From a virus: a DNA stretch of 64,000 nt. Shown here in pieces: positions 35,548 through 45,668 of this stretch. The stretch lies in the IMG/VR virus record IMGVR_UViG_3300034691_000040, positions 32,001-96,000 of that record; one strand, given 5' to 3'. The notes under the pieces were generated by a model that saw nothing but the letters and a program-made list of their open reading frames with translations, had not been told where the DNA came from and searched no databases. The stretch's first letter is position 1; each line of letters starts with the position of its first letter. The translations under genes were made by a program, and so were the position numbers.

Positions 35548-36876
35548 TCAGACGGTGGTCAATTGATCGACGCTGTACTTGGTAACCACCAGGTAAAGGA
35601 ACTTGTTATAGCTCTTGGCGAGGTAAACGATGCCGTCACGAACTACCCGGTTAAAACCCGCTGGAACGCCTGAGTTCAACGTGAGTTCTTCAGCGTACAT
35701 CAACATTGGATCGAGCACCGTGTTGATGAACACTCGCGTCTTCTCATTCATCATGCCGAAGTCAACATGAGTAGTCGGGACGTTCATGTAGTCAGGGAAA
35801 ACCTGATTGAGCACATTGACAGCGTCACGGTTCTCAGGACCACCTACCACCGCCAGCATCAAGGAGCGAAACTGACTCGGTACGCTTGAGATCACAGCGG
35901 CAATGTGTTCATTGGTGTACTTGACACCTTTACAGGTTTTGTAGCACAACGCCAACGCAGGGACGTGCTGCGCAATCCCAGAGAAGGTGCTGATCTGACG
36001 ATCGCCACCAGGGACCGCTACATTCTGCCACAACGGCGTCATGATGAACTCTGTAGAGGTGAACAGATCTGGAAAGATCGCTGCCCATTCATCGCGGGTA
36101 TGGCTGGAATTCAGCAGGATGTAATCGCGGATAGCTTCTTTGATCGCATCCAGGTTGTTACCAGCAGCGCCGTAGACCAACGAGATCCAGTTGGTATCAA
36201 TCTTCAGCGCTTTGTTGTTGACGTCTTGCCAGGTGAACACGTCGAGACGCTGATAGGTCTCTGGGTATGCTCCGCGAACAGTAGCGATGCGCTCGAACAC
36301 CTCCGATTGGTTGATCGCATCAACCAGAAGCTTGACCGCGTCGTAATCATTGAAGAACTGATCGAGAGGGATCAGTGGAACGATCGGTAGGATTTCGAAT
36401 TCGTCGAACTGGTTAAAGAACGCATCATCCGCAAACCAGATCCGCCAGCTATCGGTTGCCGACTGACCCTTAGGTGCAATCGTGATATACTCCGGACACC
36501 AGAACGTTTTGAACTGGACCATCCTGCCGGAGTCGATGAAATCGAAGGTGTCGCCGAATGCTGTGATGAAGGCTTGTTGAAACACGTCCTTGACTTCAGT
36601 GAACGCATTCAGACGTGCTTGAAGGTACGTCCAGTTAACGGCTTTCAGCGCACTGTTGGCTACGGCATCGGGAACCGGAGTGATGACATCGTTAACTTTG
36701 TAACCGAAGCCTACCAGGACTTCTTCAGGGTAGTCGATCGACACATGCAAGGTGTTTTGTTTGACAAACGTCAGGGATAGCTTTGAAAGCTCACCGACGG
36801 GTGCCACGACGCCTGGCGCGTTATCGGTCAATGCCCCGATATGGGCAAACGCCTTAAATATATTCACAAATGACAC
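35548..36876 (-). CDS. Virion structural protein (phiKZ gp157-like)
   Basis: 442 aa, GTG start after GAGG. APGVVAPVGELS and IWFADDAF motifs; synteny with RNase H and UvsX. Confidence 0.58.
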   Translation of the reverse strand: MSFVNIFKAFAHIGALTDNAPGVVAPVGELSKLSLTFVKQNTLHVSIDYPEEVLVGFGYKVNDVITPVPDAVANSALKAVNWTYLQARLNAFTEVKDVFQQAFITAFGDTFDFIDSGRMVQFKTFWCPEYITIAPKGQSATDSWRIWFADDAFFNQFDEFEILPIVPLIPLDQFFNDYDAVKLLVDAINQSEVFERIATVRGAYPETYQRLDVFTWQDVNNKALKIDTNWISLVYGAAGNNLDAIKEAIRDYILLNSSHTRDEWAAIFPDLFTSTEFIMTPLWQNVAVPGGDRQISTFSGIAQHVPALALCYKTCKGVKYTNEHIAAVISSVPSQFRSLMLAVVGGPENRDAVNVLNQVFPDYMNVPTTHVDFGMMNEKTRVFINTVLDPMLMYAEELTLNSGVPAGFNRVVRDGIVYLAKSYNKFLYLVVTKYSVDQLTTV

Positions 36877-36977
36877 CTCGGGTGTTTTAGCAATAAAGGT
36901 ATGCGTGCTTAAAGGTGTAAAGACACACTCCGTGTAAGTCTGAAACTATACTATTTCCAAAAGAGAAGGGATTTGCT

Positions 36978-37469
36978 GTGACGATCCTCTTAATCCTAAA
37001 ATCTATCTTTCCTTTTCTGCGAGAATGGTTTCTCAAAGAGAAGGCCCTGCAGGAGATCGTAGCACAGAATAAATTGGCGTGTTTCCTACTTTGCTGCATT
37101 CTGGTTATGTTTATTGTGTTTACCCGAGTGAGCGATTCCGCCAACAAAGTCTTCGATGATCTCAACACTGCCAACCAACAGCTTGGGTTCAATACCACCG
37201 TCATTGCTGATTTACGTGAACGTGTTGTCACACTTGAAGCTGAAAAGAAGCAGTTAATGGAACATGCGCTAGGGAAAGGCCCTGCTCCGAAAGATGTAAC
37301 ACCACCTCCGTCGGAGGCTGTTCCTCAAACACTACAACTCCAGCCTGATCCAGATAAAAATACTAAGAAGGATACTGTAAAAGGTAAGCCTCCAGGCCAG
37401 AGAGCACGTAGAGATGTCGAAGAGAAATCTTTGCGTGAGTATGTCGAAGAGCAGTTAAAGACACTTTAA
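36978..37469 (+). CDS. Putative i-spanin (Rz-like)
   Basis: Single N-proximal TM segment (LACFLLCCILVMFIVF) followed by a coiled coil; immediately upstream of a lipoprotein gene. Confidence 0.55.
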   Translation: MTILLILKSIFPFLREWFLKEKALQEIVAQNKLACFLLCCILVMFIVFTRVSDSANKVFDDLNTANQQLGFNTTVIADLRERVVTLEAEKKQLMEHALGKGPAPKDVTPPPSEAVPQTLQLQPDPDKNTKKDTVKGKPPGQRARRDVEEKSLREYVEEQLKTL

Positions 37470-37487
37470 CCTTTCCCGGATACAGCC

Positions 37488-37895
37488 ATGAAAAAATATA
37501 AAACTCACTTATTGCTTCAGCTTCCGCTGTTATTGCTGGGCTCGTGCACACCAGTAATTCCAGCGACCAGTATTACTGTTTATACAAACAACGGCGGCCA
37601 GCCTGGGCAGTATCAGGTGCACGATGACCAGGGTGGTGCAATGCCATCACTCCGATCATCGTCAAACGCAACGCCCATTCGTGATTGTGTCACAGCCATT
37701 GATAACGATCTACCCGACCCTGTTGAAATTGGCCTACCTAATCTTTCAAAGATTGAAGGTAAGACAAAGAATGAGCTCAATAAAGCAGTGGTCGATTTAT
37801 TGCTCGCCCACATTAAACTGCAGCGTAATGAAATCACAAGGATGCAAAGAGAACGCAAGTGTCTGATTGCCGAGATACGGTCAAAGCGAGTTTGA
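37488..37895 (+). CDS. Putative o-spanin (Rz1-like lipoprotein)
   Basis: MKKYK basic N-region, hydrophobic core, lipobox LGSC (Cys20) and a Pro-containing mature region. Confidence 0.6.
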   Translation: MKKYKTHLLLQLPLLLLGSCTPVIPATSITVYTNNGGQPGQYQVHDDQGGAMPSLRSSSNATPIRDCVTAIDNDLPDPVEIGLPNLSKIEGKTKNELNKAVVDLLLAHIKLQRNEITRMQRERKCLIAEIRSKRV

Positions 37896-37955
37896 TCAAA
37901 AACTACAGAAGTGACCTATCATTTAGACAGTCATTACACTTCAAGGTTTCTTGAC

Positions 37956-39455
37956 ATGACCGACACACCTACAGCAGTTCGAGCAGTTCTGTACTGCGAT
38001 GGCGGGTTTGACCCGCACAGTAAAGTTGGTGGGCGTGGCGTCCACGGTTACACGTATCTTCCGGATCTCCCTAAGAAGGGAACGGGTAACCCTAAGGCAG
38101 TGCCAACTGACAAAGGTTACATGTTTGAAAGTAAAGATCCGGACATTGAAAACTGTGTTGGCAATAAGGTCACGCCGGTAAGCTACATCGATGCATGTTC
38201 CGGCAGACCGCGGTACGAGTGTAACAATGAAGCTGAACTTGATGCGTTCCTGTTAGCGCTGGATTGGCTTACTCGACATGACCACATCGAGCATGTGCAA
38301 ATCATCTCAGATAGCCGTTACGTCGTTCAGGGCTTTAATAACCATTTACGCAAGTGGAAGGCCAAAGGTTGGCTGAACGCTAAGGGCGTACCTCCTCAGT
38401 ATCTGCCCATGTGGCAGAAGGTTCTGGAGATGGCAGACTGGGGTGTTGTCCGTGGGTTGGACCTCAAGCTTAGTTGGGCCAAAGGACATACTGGCGAAAT
38501 GGGTAACACGCGTGCTGACGACCTAGCAACGCGTGGCAAGGTGTTGGGTCAGACTCGTAACCCAGCCGTCATTGAAAACTTTAAAGAGGCTCAAGGGTAT
38601 TGGGGGACTAAAGATTCGCAGGTTCCTCGTATCCTCCAAGCACCTCGCTGGTACTTTTCAACAACGGATCTTGAATACAAACGTGATGACGGATCTCACA
38701 TTTATTACACCGGCTGTCATGGTGGCAAAGATAAAGAAGATGATCTTTTCGGCAAGCCGTATGCCGATAACTTCATGGGTGTGGTTCGGGTAAAAGAACC
38801 TGATCCGGTAATGGAATGCTTGCGTCTGAATGCAATCGCCAAAGATGTAAATCGCATTGGGTTTATCATCATTGGTCACCTCGATGCAATCTTCGCACAG
38901 AAGACGTATAAGGAGTTGACCCAGCACCAGACCACGTTCCTGTATAGCAATCCAAAACGCTTCGATGTCCTTGATGCTAATAAGAAATCCATTCTTGCAG
39001 AGCTGCGGCCAGCAGGTCTCGGATTCCGTGGTGTGAATCAGTGGAGAAGCCTTACCCGTGTACTTGACCGAGTGATTGAAGGAAGTAACGTTTATCGGGT
39101 AACTGATTTAACTGACCTACTTTATGAGGAACAAGGCACCAAAAAGGTGGTTCGTAAACTCAAGTCAATCATATCCCCTGTGACTAAGCATCTTGATGTG
39201 GACGTCGAGTTTAACCTTGAGAGCTCGAAGGATGAGCCAAAGCCGTTCAAGGATAAGGTTCGTTTGATCTTAGGTGGCGACATCCTGACTCGTAACCAGC
39301 TTGCTGCACTTGCAGAAGATGTTAAGTCTGTGAAGGTAGTGACCTGGCGAGATTCGGAAGTAGTGGGTCGTTATGCAACACTGGTCGAACTGAATTCGGG
39401 TGACATTGGACTTTGGGCAAGAACTGAAGCTAATATCTACTACGCGGTCAAGTAA
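37956..39455 (+). CDS. rnhA: RNase HI with long C-terminal extension (phiKZ gp155-like)
   Basis: YCDGG, NNEAEL, SDSRYVVQG, WAKGHTGEMGNTRADDLA are all RNase HI catalytic motifs. Probable ATG at 37956 after AAGG. Confidence 0.88.
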   Translation: MTDTPTAVRAVLYCDGGFDPHSKVGGRGVHGYTYLPDLPKKGTGNPKAVPTDKGYMFESKDPDIENCVGNKVTPVSYIDACSGRPRYECNNEAELDAFLLALDWLTRHDHIEHVQIISDSRYVVQGFNNHLRKWKAKGWLNAKGVPPQYLPMWQKVLEMADWGVVRGLDLKLSWAKGHTGEMGNTRADDLATRGKVLGQTRNPAVIENFKEAQGYWGTKDSQVPRILQAPRWYFSTTDLEYKRDDGSHIYYTGCHGGKDKEDDLFGKPYADNFMGVVRVKEPDPVMECLRLNAIAKDVNRIGFIIIGHLDAIFAQKTYKELTQHQTTFLYSNPKRFDVLDANKKSILAELRPAGLGFRGVNQWRSLTRVLDRVIEGSNVYRVTDLTDLLYEEQGTKKVVRKLKSIISPVTKHLDVDVEFNLESSKDEPKPFKDKVRLILGGDILTRNQLAALAEDVKSVKVVTWRDSEVVGRYATLVELNSGDIGLWARTEANIYYAVK

Positions 39456-39481
39456 ACCCACAGGGCCGCAGAGGTCTCGTC

Positions 39482-39880
39482 ATGAGTGCTAAAGCGTTGG
39501 AGGGGGAAGCCTTTGAAACTAAAGCTAACCCCCAGGTAAAACAACTGAGCATGAAGCGGTTGATATTCCTTTCATCGCTGTACTTTAAGATACGCGGCAT
39601 CAAGGACCCGGCCAAGGAGTTGCTTATTGATCTTAATAAGCGCTTTGGTCTGGCCTACCGTGAAAGCTCACTGAAACTCCCAGCTGCAATGAGTAACATC
39701 CTCTGGTTCAGGACGAATGCCAAAGAAGCGTTCGAAACCTACTTAGAGGATGAGTCGCAACTGAATACCCTCGCCTGCGACCTCGTCGGCTGCTGCCCGG
39801 AATGGGCAAGATACGGTGACCAATCGTGTCTCATCAAGGATGCGAAGGCCGTGTTTTCGTACGCCCGTTCAAAACTGTAA
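39482..39880 (+). CDS. Hypothetical protein (132 aa)
   Basis: GAGG RBS, co-directional with RNase H, ends at a bidirectional hairpin. Confidence 0.6.
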   Translation: MSAKALEGEAFETKANPQVKQLSMKRLIFLSSLYFKIRGIKDPAKELLIDLNKRFGLAYRESSLKLPAAMSNILWFRTNAKEAFETYLEDESQLNTLACDLVGCCPEWARYGDQSCLIKDAKAVFSYARSKL

Positions 39881-39884
39881 TACG

Positions 39885-39919
39885 GCATATACGCCCGGCA
39901 TTGAGCCGGGCGTATATGC
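39885..39919. terminator. Bidirectional hairpin-TATG family member
   Basis: GCATATACGCCCGGC-ATTGA-GCCGGGCGTATATGC between convergent genes. Confidence 0.8.
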
Positions 39920-39929
39920 TGCTACTGAG

Positions 39930-40829
39930 TTACTTACCCGCTTTCTCAATCACGGAGAGGTTCTTCTTCATCGCCTCTACATGCTGAGGTACGATCTCAA
40001 GCAACGCTGCGGCTGCGCTAACCGTGACGCCGAGCTTATAGAACAACTCAGAGAGCTGACTACCCACTTTACCGGATACCGTGTCATCGTGCTTGGCAAG
40101 ATGCTCTTTGAAGCTTGTGGACAAATCAGCGAAGCGGCCCACCATGCCATTTACACTGGACAGGTCGACTTTAGCCAAACGGTCATTCAGCGCATTGGTC
40201 AGTTTGTAAGCGTGCTCCATGTCAGCGTTACGGTCGATCACTTTGGAGGCTTGTGCTTCTGGTGCGTTAGACCCCGTGAAGTACTGCTTAAGCTTACTGA
40301 GGACCTCCAGGCTGACCAAAGGGATCTGACCTTTGAGTTCCTTGATACCGCTCTGAGCAGCCAGACGATCAGGTTCGTTCAGAATCTGTGCCAGACGCGT
40401 GTTGCTCTTTTTCAGCGTGGCTTCCAACTCTTCAACCTGCGGCAGCACGTTCGTGATCAGGTATTCAAGAAACGAAACCCACTTGCCGGTGAACCCAGGG
40501 GCTACATGTACCATAACCAACCGGTTAGTGGCATAAGGGTTTTTGTTAAACGCGATCACAGCCGCGTCGTAATCCAGATGGTTACTACGGTAGTTACCTA
40601 CTTTAAGCCCATTAAGGAATGTAGAAGACCGGTCAACGAATTCGTTGAACTTGGACTTTACGGTGTCGACAAATGGCAGAGCCAAAGATTCAGTGGAAAG
40701 ATCCGAACCCATGCGGCAAATGCTTTCGAGAGAGTTGAGCTCGACATTAGCCAGCTCGTTCATGATGTTCGGGTTAAGTTTGGACATGAAGGTGTTGCCT
40801 CCGGCTAATTCAGGGGGTGTAGATTCCAT
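39930..40829 (-). CDS. Virion head protein with probable cleaved propeptide (phiKZ gp153-like)
   Basis: 299 aa with NSLES processing-type motif near the N-terminus; divergent from uvsX. Confidence 0.58.
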   Translation of the reverse strand: MESTPPELAGGNTFMSKLNPNIMNELANVELNSLESICRMGSDLSTESLALPFVDTVKSKFNEFVDRSSTFLNGLKVGNYRSNHLDYDAAVIAFNKNPYATNRLVMVHVAPGFTGKWVSFLEYLITNVLPQVEELEATLKKSNTRLAQILNEPDRLAAQSGIKELKGQIPLVSLEVLSKLKQYFTGSNAPEAQASKVIDRNADMEHAYKLTNALNDRLAKVDLSSVNGMVGRFADLSTSFKEHLAKHDDTVSGKVGSQLSELFYKLGVTVSAAAALLEIVPQHVEAMKKNLSVIEKAGK

Positions 40830-40895
40830 ATCAGAACTACTAAGTTACCACTAAACCCTATACTGTGTATTTAAAAATCAGCGGAGCATTTAAAC

Positions 40896-42353
40896 GTGGC
40901 GGTAGCATTCGGAAATCAGTACGACAAGAAGGCTCGGGCGTTTTATCCAATGCCTAACTTGGGCACCATTCTCGACATTTCAGCAGGGTCCTGGGTTCGT
41001 GGCCATAAAGGCCAATGGATTCTCAATGGGGGGTTTGCACAGTTCTGGGGGATCATCGCTGAACCTAACATGTTCAAGTCCACCTTAGCAGCCGCCTGTG
41101 CAGGCGCTGTGATGCGTGCCTTTGACGATTCGATCATGCACGCCCATGACACTGAGTCCAGCATGCAAGCGCGTCGTGTAGAGCGTCTGGTGCGGGAAGC
41201 GATGGCACTGCTGCTGCCGGGTATCGTTGTTCCAGAAGATTTGATCGCCTGCGGTCGTTTGTTCTTCACCAGTTCTGTCGACCTTGACGGCACTGAAATG
41301 ATTAACAACTTGAAAGCGTTTGCTAAAGAACGGTTCAAGAATGAAAAGCAGGTGGCCTACGAGATCATCGACCCGCAGACCGGCAAGCCTTACATGTACT
41401 TCGTTCCAGTGATCGAGTTCACCGACTCCTTCTCCGGACTGAAGACTGAAGGTGCTACCGAGATGCTGGAGAAGAACGATGTGGGTTCTTCCGATAACAA
41501 CATGTTGGCAATGCGCGTCAACAGCGGCAAGAGCCAGATCATCGACCAGGCGCCTGACCTTGTTGCTAAGCATGGCATCTACTGGCTGACCACCGGCCAT
41601 ATCGGTCAGTCGTACCAACTCGATCCTCGTAAGCCTAACGTCAAGCTCCTTAAGGGCATGAAAGGCGATCTGAAGATCAAGCGCATTCCTGAAAACTATT
41701 CGTTCCAGACCGGTAACTGCTACGCGATCACTTATTACTCGCCTTTGATGGGTGATGACAAACGTGCTGAATTCCCATGGTCCCCTGAGTCGGTCGACAT
41801 GACCACTGACCTGTTGGAAATCCGCGTCACGAACTACCGCGGTAAGTTTGGTATCGATAACATCCCTCTGCCTTTGATCATCTCGAAGAAAGAAGGTCTG
41901 CTTCCGTACATGTCCAACTTCTACTACCTGCTGCGTAACGCCGCGCGCTACGGCCTGGTAGGTAACGTGCAACACTACGCTCTGGCTTTGGTGCCAGACG
42001 TGTCGCTGTCCCGTACCAAAGTGCGTCAAAAGCTGCGTGAGTCTTATGCTTTGCAGAACGCTGCTCGCATCCTGATGGAAATGCACTGGGAGATGACCAC
42101 CAGCGTTACCTTCCCGGATGAGCTGCGCTGCGAACCAACGCAACTGTATGAAGAAATCAAGGCCATGGGCTATGATTGGGATTTGCTTCTGAATACTCGG
42201 TACTGGTTCAGTACTGTAGAGCAGGGCGCAAAGACTCCTTATCTGTCCACCCGCGATTTACTGCTGATGCGTGTGAATCAATACCACCCGTACTGGTACC
42301 CAAAAACCCGTAAAGAAATGGGGCTACCCGAGATCGAACTTCAAGGGAGTTAA
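40896..42353 (+). CDS. uvsX: UvsX/RecA-like recombinase (phiKZ gp152-like)
   Basis: GTG start after GGAG. Walker A-like AEPNMFKST, HDTE, Walker B-like FTDSFSG; position before the vRNAP beta C-terminal gene. Confidence 0.78.
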   Translation: MAVAFGNQYDKKARAFYPMPNLGTILDISAGSWVRGHKGQWILNGGFAQFWGIIAEPNMFKSTLAAACAGAVMRAFDDSIMHAHDTESSMQARRVERLVREAMALLLPGIVVPEDLIACGRLFFTSSVDLDGTEMINNLKAFAKERFKNEKQVAYEIIDPQTGKPYMYFVPVIEFTDSFSGLKTEGATEMLEKNDVGSSDNNMLAMRVNSGKSQIIDQAPDLVAKHGIYWLTTGHIGQSYQLDPRKPNVKLLKGMKGDLKIKRIPENYSFQTGNCYAITYYSPLMGDDKRAEFPWSPESVDMTTDLLEIRVTNYRGKFGIDNIPLPLIISKKEGLLPYMSNFYYLLRNAARYGLVGNVQHYALALVPDVSLSRTKVRQKLRESYALQNAARILMEMHWEMTTSVTFPDELRCEPTQLYEEIKAMGYDWDLLLNTRYWFSTVEQGAKTPYLSTRDLLLMRVNQYHPYWYPKTRKEMGLPEIELQGS

Positions 42354-42383
42354 CCCAAGTAACCGTATAAGGATAAGTCAGTC

Positions 42384-42665
42384 ATGAGTGAACGATCCCT
42401 GGTCGACAAAGTTGCCGATCTACTTGGCAACAGCAGTGCCGCCCGTAAAAATGCTTTCGTGCGTAGCTTCTCAGCGCCTAAAGCAGGTGGCGATGAAGTC
42501 AAGTCACTCAATGACTACTTTCGGGTAGAACTGAGTAAAGTTGAAGCATCCACCATTGATGAGCGCGGTTGCTTGCTCGATGGTATTGCTCCTTCGAAAT
42601 GGCTGCAGTACTTCGAAGCACACGTTCTCCCAACCCTCATTCGGTTCGAGCTTCCAAAGGACTGA
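42384..42665 (+). CDS. Conserved hypothetical protein (93 aa)
   Basis: ORF packed between uvsX and the vRNAP beta-C gene. Confidence 0.6.
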   Translation: MSERSLVDKVADLLGNSSAARKNAFVRSFSAPKAGGDEVKSLNDYFRVELSKVEASTIDERGCLLDGIAPSKWLQYFEAHVLPTLIRFELPKD

Positions 42666-42668
42666 ATC

Positions 42669-43403
42669 ATGAACGAAAAACGCCGTAAGGTTACCGAGTT
42701 CATCCTCAAGAATTTCGACAAGATTCTTCCTGGGGATAAAACGAACTCTGAAAGTCTAAAGGCTGCTTTCGACAAGATGTCTGACAGCGAGTTCGAGGCG
42801 TACATCAAACGCCTTGCGCCCGCTAAGACACCCGATGAAATCAAGCAGCGGTTGTTCCTGCCGTTTTACGTACCCAACCTGCGTCCAAATGGAGTGCGTT
42901 TATCCATTGCCCGTAATTACCAAATTGCGCGTGACCTGGGTCGCAGCATTGAAGAACGGTTGATCATGACCGATGGCGCTACAGGGCTCAAGTACATCAC
43001 ACCACATGCTTATCCGGTTTATGATTTGCAGGTGCGTCGTCAAGCACAGACCGGTAGCAAGAAGCGTTCGATCCCTGAGCACCACCAGCGTCTCGATGAC
43101 CTGACCGACCAACCGACTGTGGACTCAAAAGGCAGTCGTATCTCTTCACCTGAGTTCGGGTCTCTGATCCAGAAGCGTCTGGACAATACCGTTATTGAAC
43201 TGACACACGTTCGTGGCGGTAACGCGTTGGCAGCTCGTGAGTTCACGCGGGCACTGGTGGAAGATGGTGAGGTTAACCTTTCGCAATTGGAAGGGTTGGG
43301 TATTGCTCGTTCGACTAAGACCTTGTCGACGTTCCTGAACACTATGCTGATCGGTAATAACCTCGATCCGTCAACAAAGGTTCCAGATGATGCAAGAAAA
43401 TAA
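42669..43403 (+). CDS. Virion RNA polymerase beta subunit, C-terminal fragment (phiKZ gp149-like)
   Basis: DGATG, DDLTDQPTVDSKGSRISSPEFGSL (RpoB TQQP..GQRFGEME equivalent), ELTHVRGG. Confidence 0.78.
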   Translation: MNEKRRKVTEFILKNFDKILPGDKTNSESLKAAFDKMSDSEFEAYIKRLAPAKTPDEIKQRLFLPFYVPNLRPNGVRLSIARNYQIARDLGRSIEERLIMTDGATGLKYITPHAYPVYDLQVRRQAQTGSKKRSIPEHHQRLDDLTDQPTVDSKGSRISSPEFGSLIQKRLDNTVIELTHVRGGNALAAREFTRALVEDGEVNLSQLEGLGIARSTKTLSTFLNTMLIGNNLDPSTKVPDDARK

Positions 43404-43887
43404 AGGCAATGATTTTTTTGTGGAGTTGGCGAAAGATGTAGCATTGCGCTACGCAATCCACGATGAGGCTGAGCAGAAGGTCCGGTCGATTTACATTGAA
43501 TGCGCCAAGGTCGTTAACTGGCAAGCAAACATGAGTTCGGACAAGGCTGCCGATGAGGTACTGAACCACCTGCAAGTGCATGGCGATAAAGCAAGTATGG
43601 TTATTAACATGACCAGCAGCTTCATGTTCAGGGCGGGGATTACCGCATTTCAACAACGCCTAGAGCTGGCTACCCTGCTCGCTGAAAGCGTCTCTTGGCC
43701 GCGTGATGTAAAAGAGTTCGGGGCGGTTCAGGCACGGTTGACGACTACGGCTGAAAATGCCCGTAACACGTTTACCGGCAGTCCATGGATGATGTTCCTG
43801 TACCTGCTCAGCATGGGCGATGTCATTCAAGCGTTGGATGCCGCGCGTGTGAAATCAAAAGCTCCCGCTCCAAAACCAGCTACTTAA
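43387..43887 (+). CDS. Conserved hypothetical protein (166 aa)
   Basis: Overlaps the stop of the upstream gene; coding-like composition. Confidence 0.6.
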   Translation: MMQENKGNDFFVELAKDVALRYAIHDEAEQKVRSIYIECAKVVNWQANMSSDKAADEVLNHLQVHGDKASMVINMTSSFMFRAGITAFQQRLELATLLAESVSWPRDVKEFGAVQARLTTTAENARNTFTGSPWMMFLYLLSMGDVIQALDAARVKSKAPAPKPAT

Positions 43888-43896
43888 GGTCCAACC

Positions 43897-44661
43897 ATGA
43901 AACAACATGCTATCATTGATGTTAACATGTTGGCCGATACACGACTTGGAGCCGTCAGGCGCATTGACGAAACAATCGCTAATGTGCTTGGCGCTTCCAA
44001 CGTTTACCGCGACCGACATCATGACAACTTTGATCTCCTGACGAATGGTCAAATTGACCGTCAGGAGTATCAAAGCCTTTATGCCAAACAAGAGGCAGAT
44101 ACGCTAGGCGCTTCGAAGATGACAGAGTTTGTCTATTACCTTCGAAAAGACATGGTGGATGCCAGCAACCGCATGGAGCGCGGCGCTGGCATCACTTCGG
44201 TTACGATCGATATCAACCTCTTTCCGTACACCGAACTGACCGACACTGAGATCAAAATCTTCGTCCGTGCAGTCAGACGGTACTTCCCGCACAACATCAC
44301 GGTCAATGCAATCAACGTCCCATGGGCCGAGCTCACTCCTGAAATCGTTGCACGTACCTACGACATGATTGCCATTTACAACCACGAGGATTGGTTAATC
44401 CCGAATGAGAAAGCGCTTATTGCAAGACGCCTTCCTAACGTGGTCATGCTGACGCCAACGATTGCAACCAGCGGGGAGCTTCCTGAAAAGAATCCTGATG
44501 TGGAAAACCCATTCAGTGCACGGTCAATGGTGTTGGTGAAGTTTATCGCCCTCACATATATCCCGACCGCATGGGCTTGTCACAACCCCATCATTCATCA
44601 GGAGATACAAAATCAGAAACATCGAGCGAAGACTCCCCCGAATCCCGCTCCCCAGGTTTGA
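43897..44661 (+). CDS. Conserved hypothetical protein, possible degenerate HAD-like fold
   Basis: N-terminal IIDVNMLADTRLG resembles a DxD-type first motif with N replacing the second D. Confidence 0.55.
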   Translation: MKQHAIIDVNMLADTRLGAVRRIDETIANVLGASNVYRDRHHDNFDLLTNGQIDRQEYQSLYAKQEADTLGASKMTEFVYYLRKDMVDASNRMERGAGITSVTIDINLFPYTELTDTEIKIFVRAVRRYFPHNITVNAINVPWAELTPEIVARTYDMIAIYNHEDWLIPNEKALIARRLPNVVMLTPTIATSGELPEKNPDVENPFSARSMVLVKFIALTYIPTAWACHNPIIHQEIQNQKHRAKTPPNPAPQV

Positions 44662-45067
44662 AGCTCACTTCCGGTGGGACGTAACCTTCTGGCAGGATTG
44701 AACTGATACGCTCGCCGGTGATTTCACGCTCCTCGCCAACCGCAAGAAATGGATCACGCCCACCGAACATTTCGCGAATCTCGCGAACAGCTTTGATGGC
44801 CTCAGCCCCATTGTCGCCAATCTTTTCTTCAATATCGAGCTTACGGGTTGTGAGTGCGGATTGGTCCATGCCGTTTAACAGCATGATCAGATCACCCATC
44901 TTGTCAGGGATCTGCGTACCACCGACTGTGAGCTTCTCTGTGGCCATGTACCGCATTTGCTGCGTGAATCTGACCACTGCCATCGGATCGGTGTCGCGTT
45001 CAGTAAACCCGGCTACAGGCGCTGTAGTCACACCAGGGATGCGGGGTAGTTCGTCAAAGTTGCTCAT
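44591..45067 (-). CDS. Conserved hypothetical protein (158 aa)
   Basis: Likely ATG at 45067 (MSNFDELP) after GAGG; its 3' end overlaps the convergent gene by 71 nt. Confidence 0.6.
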   Translation of the reverse strand: MSNFDELPRIPGVTTAPVAGFTERDTDPMAVVRFTQQMRYMATEKLTVGGTQIPDKMGDLIMLLNGMDQSALTTRKLDIEEKIGDNGAEAIKAVREIREMFGGRDPFLAVGEEREITGERISSILPEGYVPPEVSFKPGERDSGESSLDVSDFVSPDE

Positions 45068-45104
45068 TTCGATACCTCTCTTTAATCCCTTCGTTGGAGG
45101 GGGC

Positions 45105-45614
45105 ATGTTTAAACAATTGTGGACTCGGCTTTTTAAAAGACCGGTGGTGGAACCTGTAACAGAACCTTTGTCTGATGATCCTTGGGTCAGAAGTAAACAA
45201 CTCTCTGATCCCATTTATACACTAGACTTGGCTGAACTAAATGCAGACCACTTAGACCTCAAAGTCCAAGTGTGTAGCGATAACGTCTACGAGTTACTGG
45301 CGTGGCTGGAAATCTCTATACGATGCATTGAAACAGAAGGGGATGTCACAGAAGAGTGGAAGTTGGATCAAAGGCAGCGTGAGGCAATATGGCTTGTGGA
45401 CTACTACTTCCACGATAAGACGGGGTATTGGGCACCGCAGGTTGTGTGGATTCAAGTGCTCGAAAAGATCCGAATCATACATCATCTACTTGAGACTAAG
45501 GACATAAACTTTGGTCATCTTTACCATCGTTACATGGTCAAGCACCTGACTGTTGTTATCAGGGATGCCATCAGTGTAATGGAACTTTCACTCACGCTCA
45601 GCAACAAATCCTAA
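45105..45614 (+). CDS. Hypothetical protein (169 aa)
   Basis: GGAGGGG RBS then ATG 45105; the ORF-track start at 44718 is an antisense extension. Confidence 0.6.
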   Translation: MFKQLWTRLFKRPVVEPVTEPLSDDPWVRSKQLSDPIYTLDLAELNADHLDLKVQVCSDNVYELLAWLEISIRCIETEGDVTEEWKLDQRQREAIWLVDYYFHDKTGYWAPQVVWIQVLEKIRIIHHLLETKDINFGHLYHRYMVKHLTVVIRDAISVMELSLTLSNKS

Positions 45615-45668
45615 AGTCAAGCCATCAGATACCTGTAAGCTTGCACACGCATTAAAGGATAATACGCC

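Noticed and set aside
39816-42143. Long opposite-strand ORFs 39816-40808 (+) and 41085-42143 (-)
   Set aside because: They lie antisense to a head protein and to uvsX, which have the motifs and RBSs.
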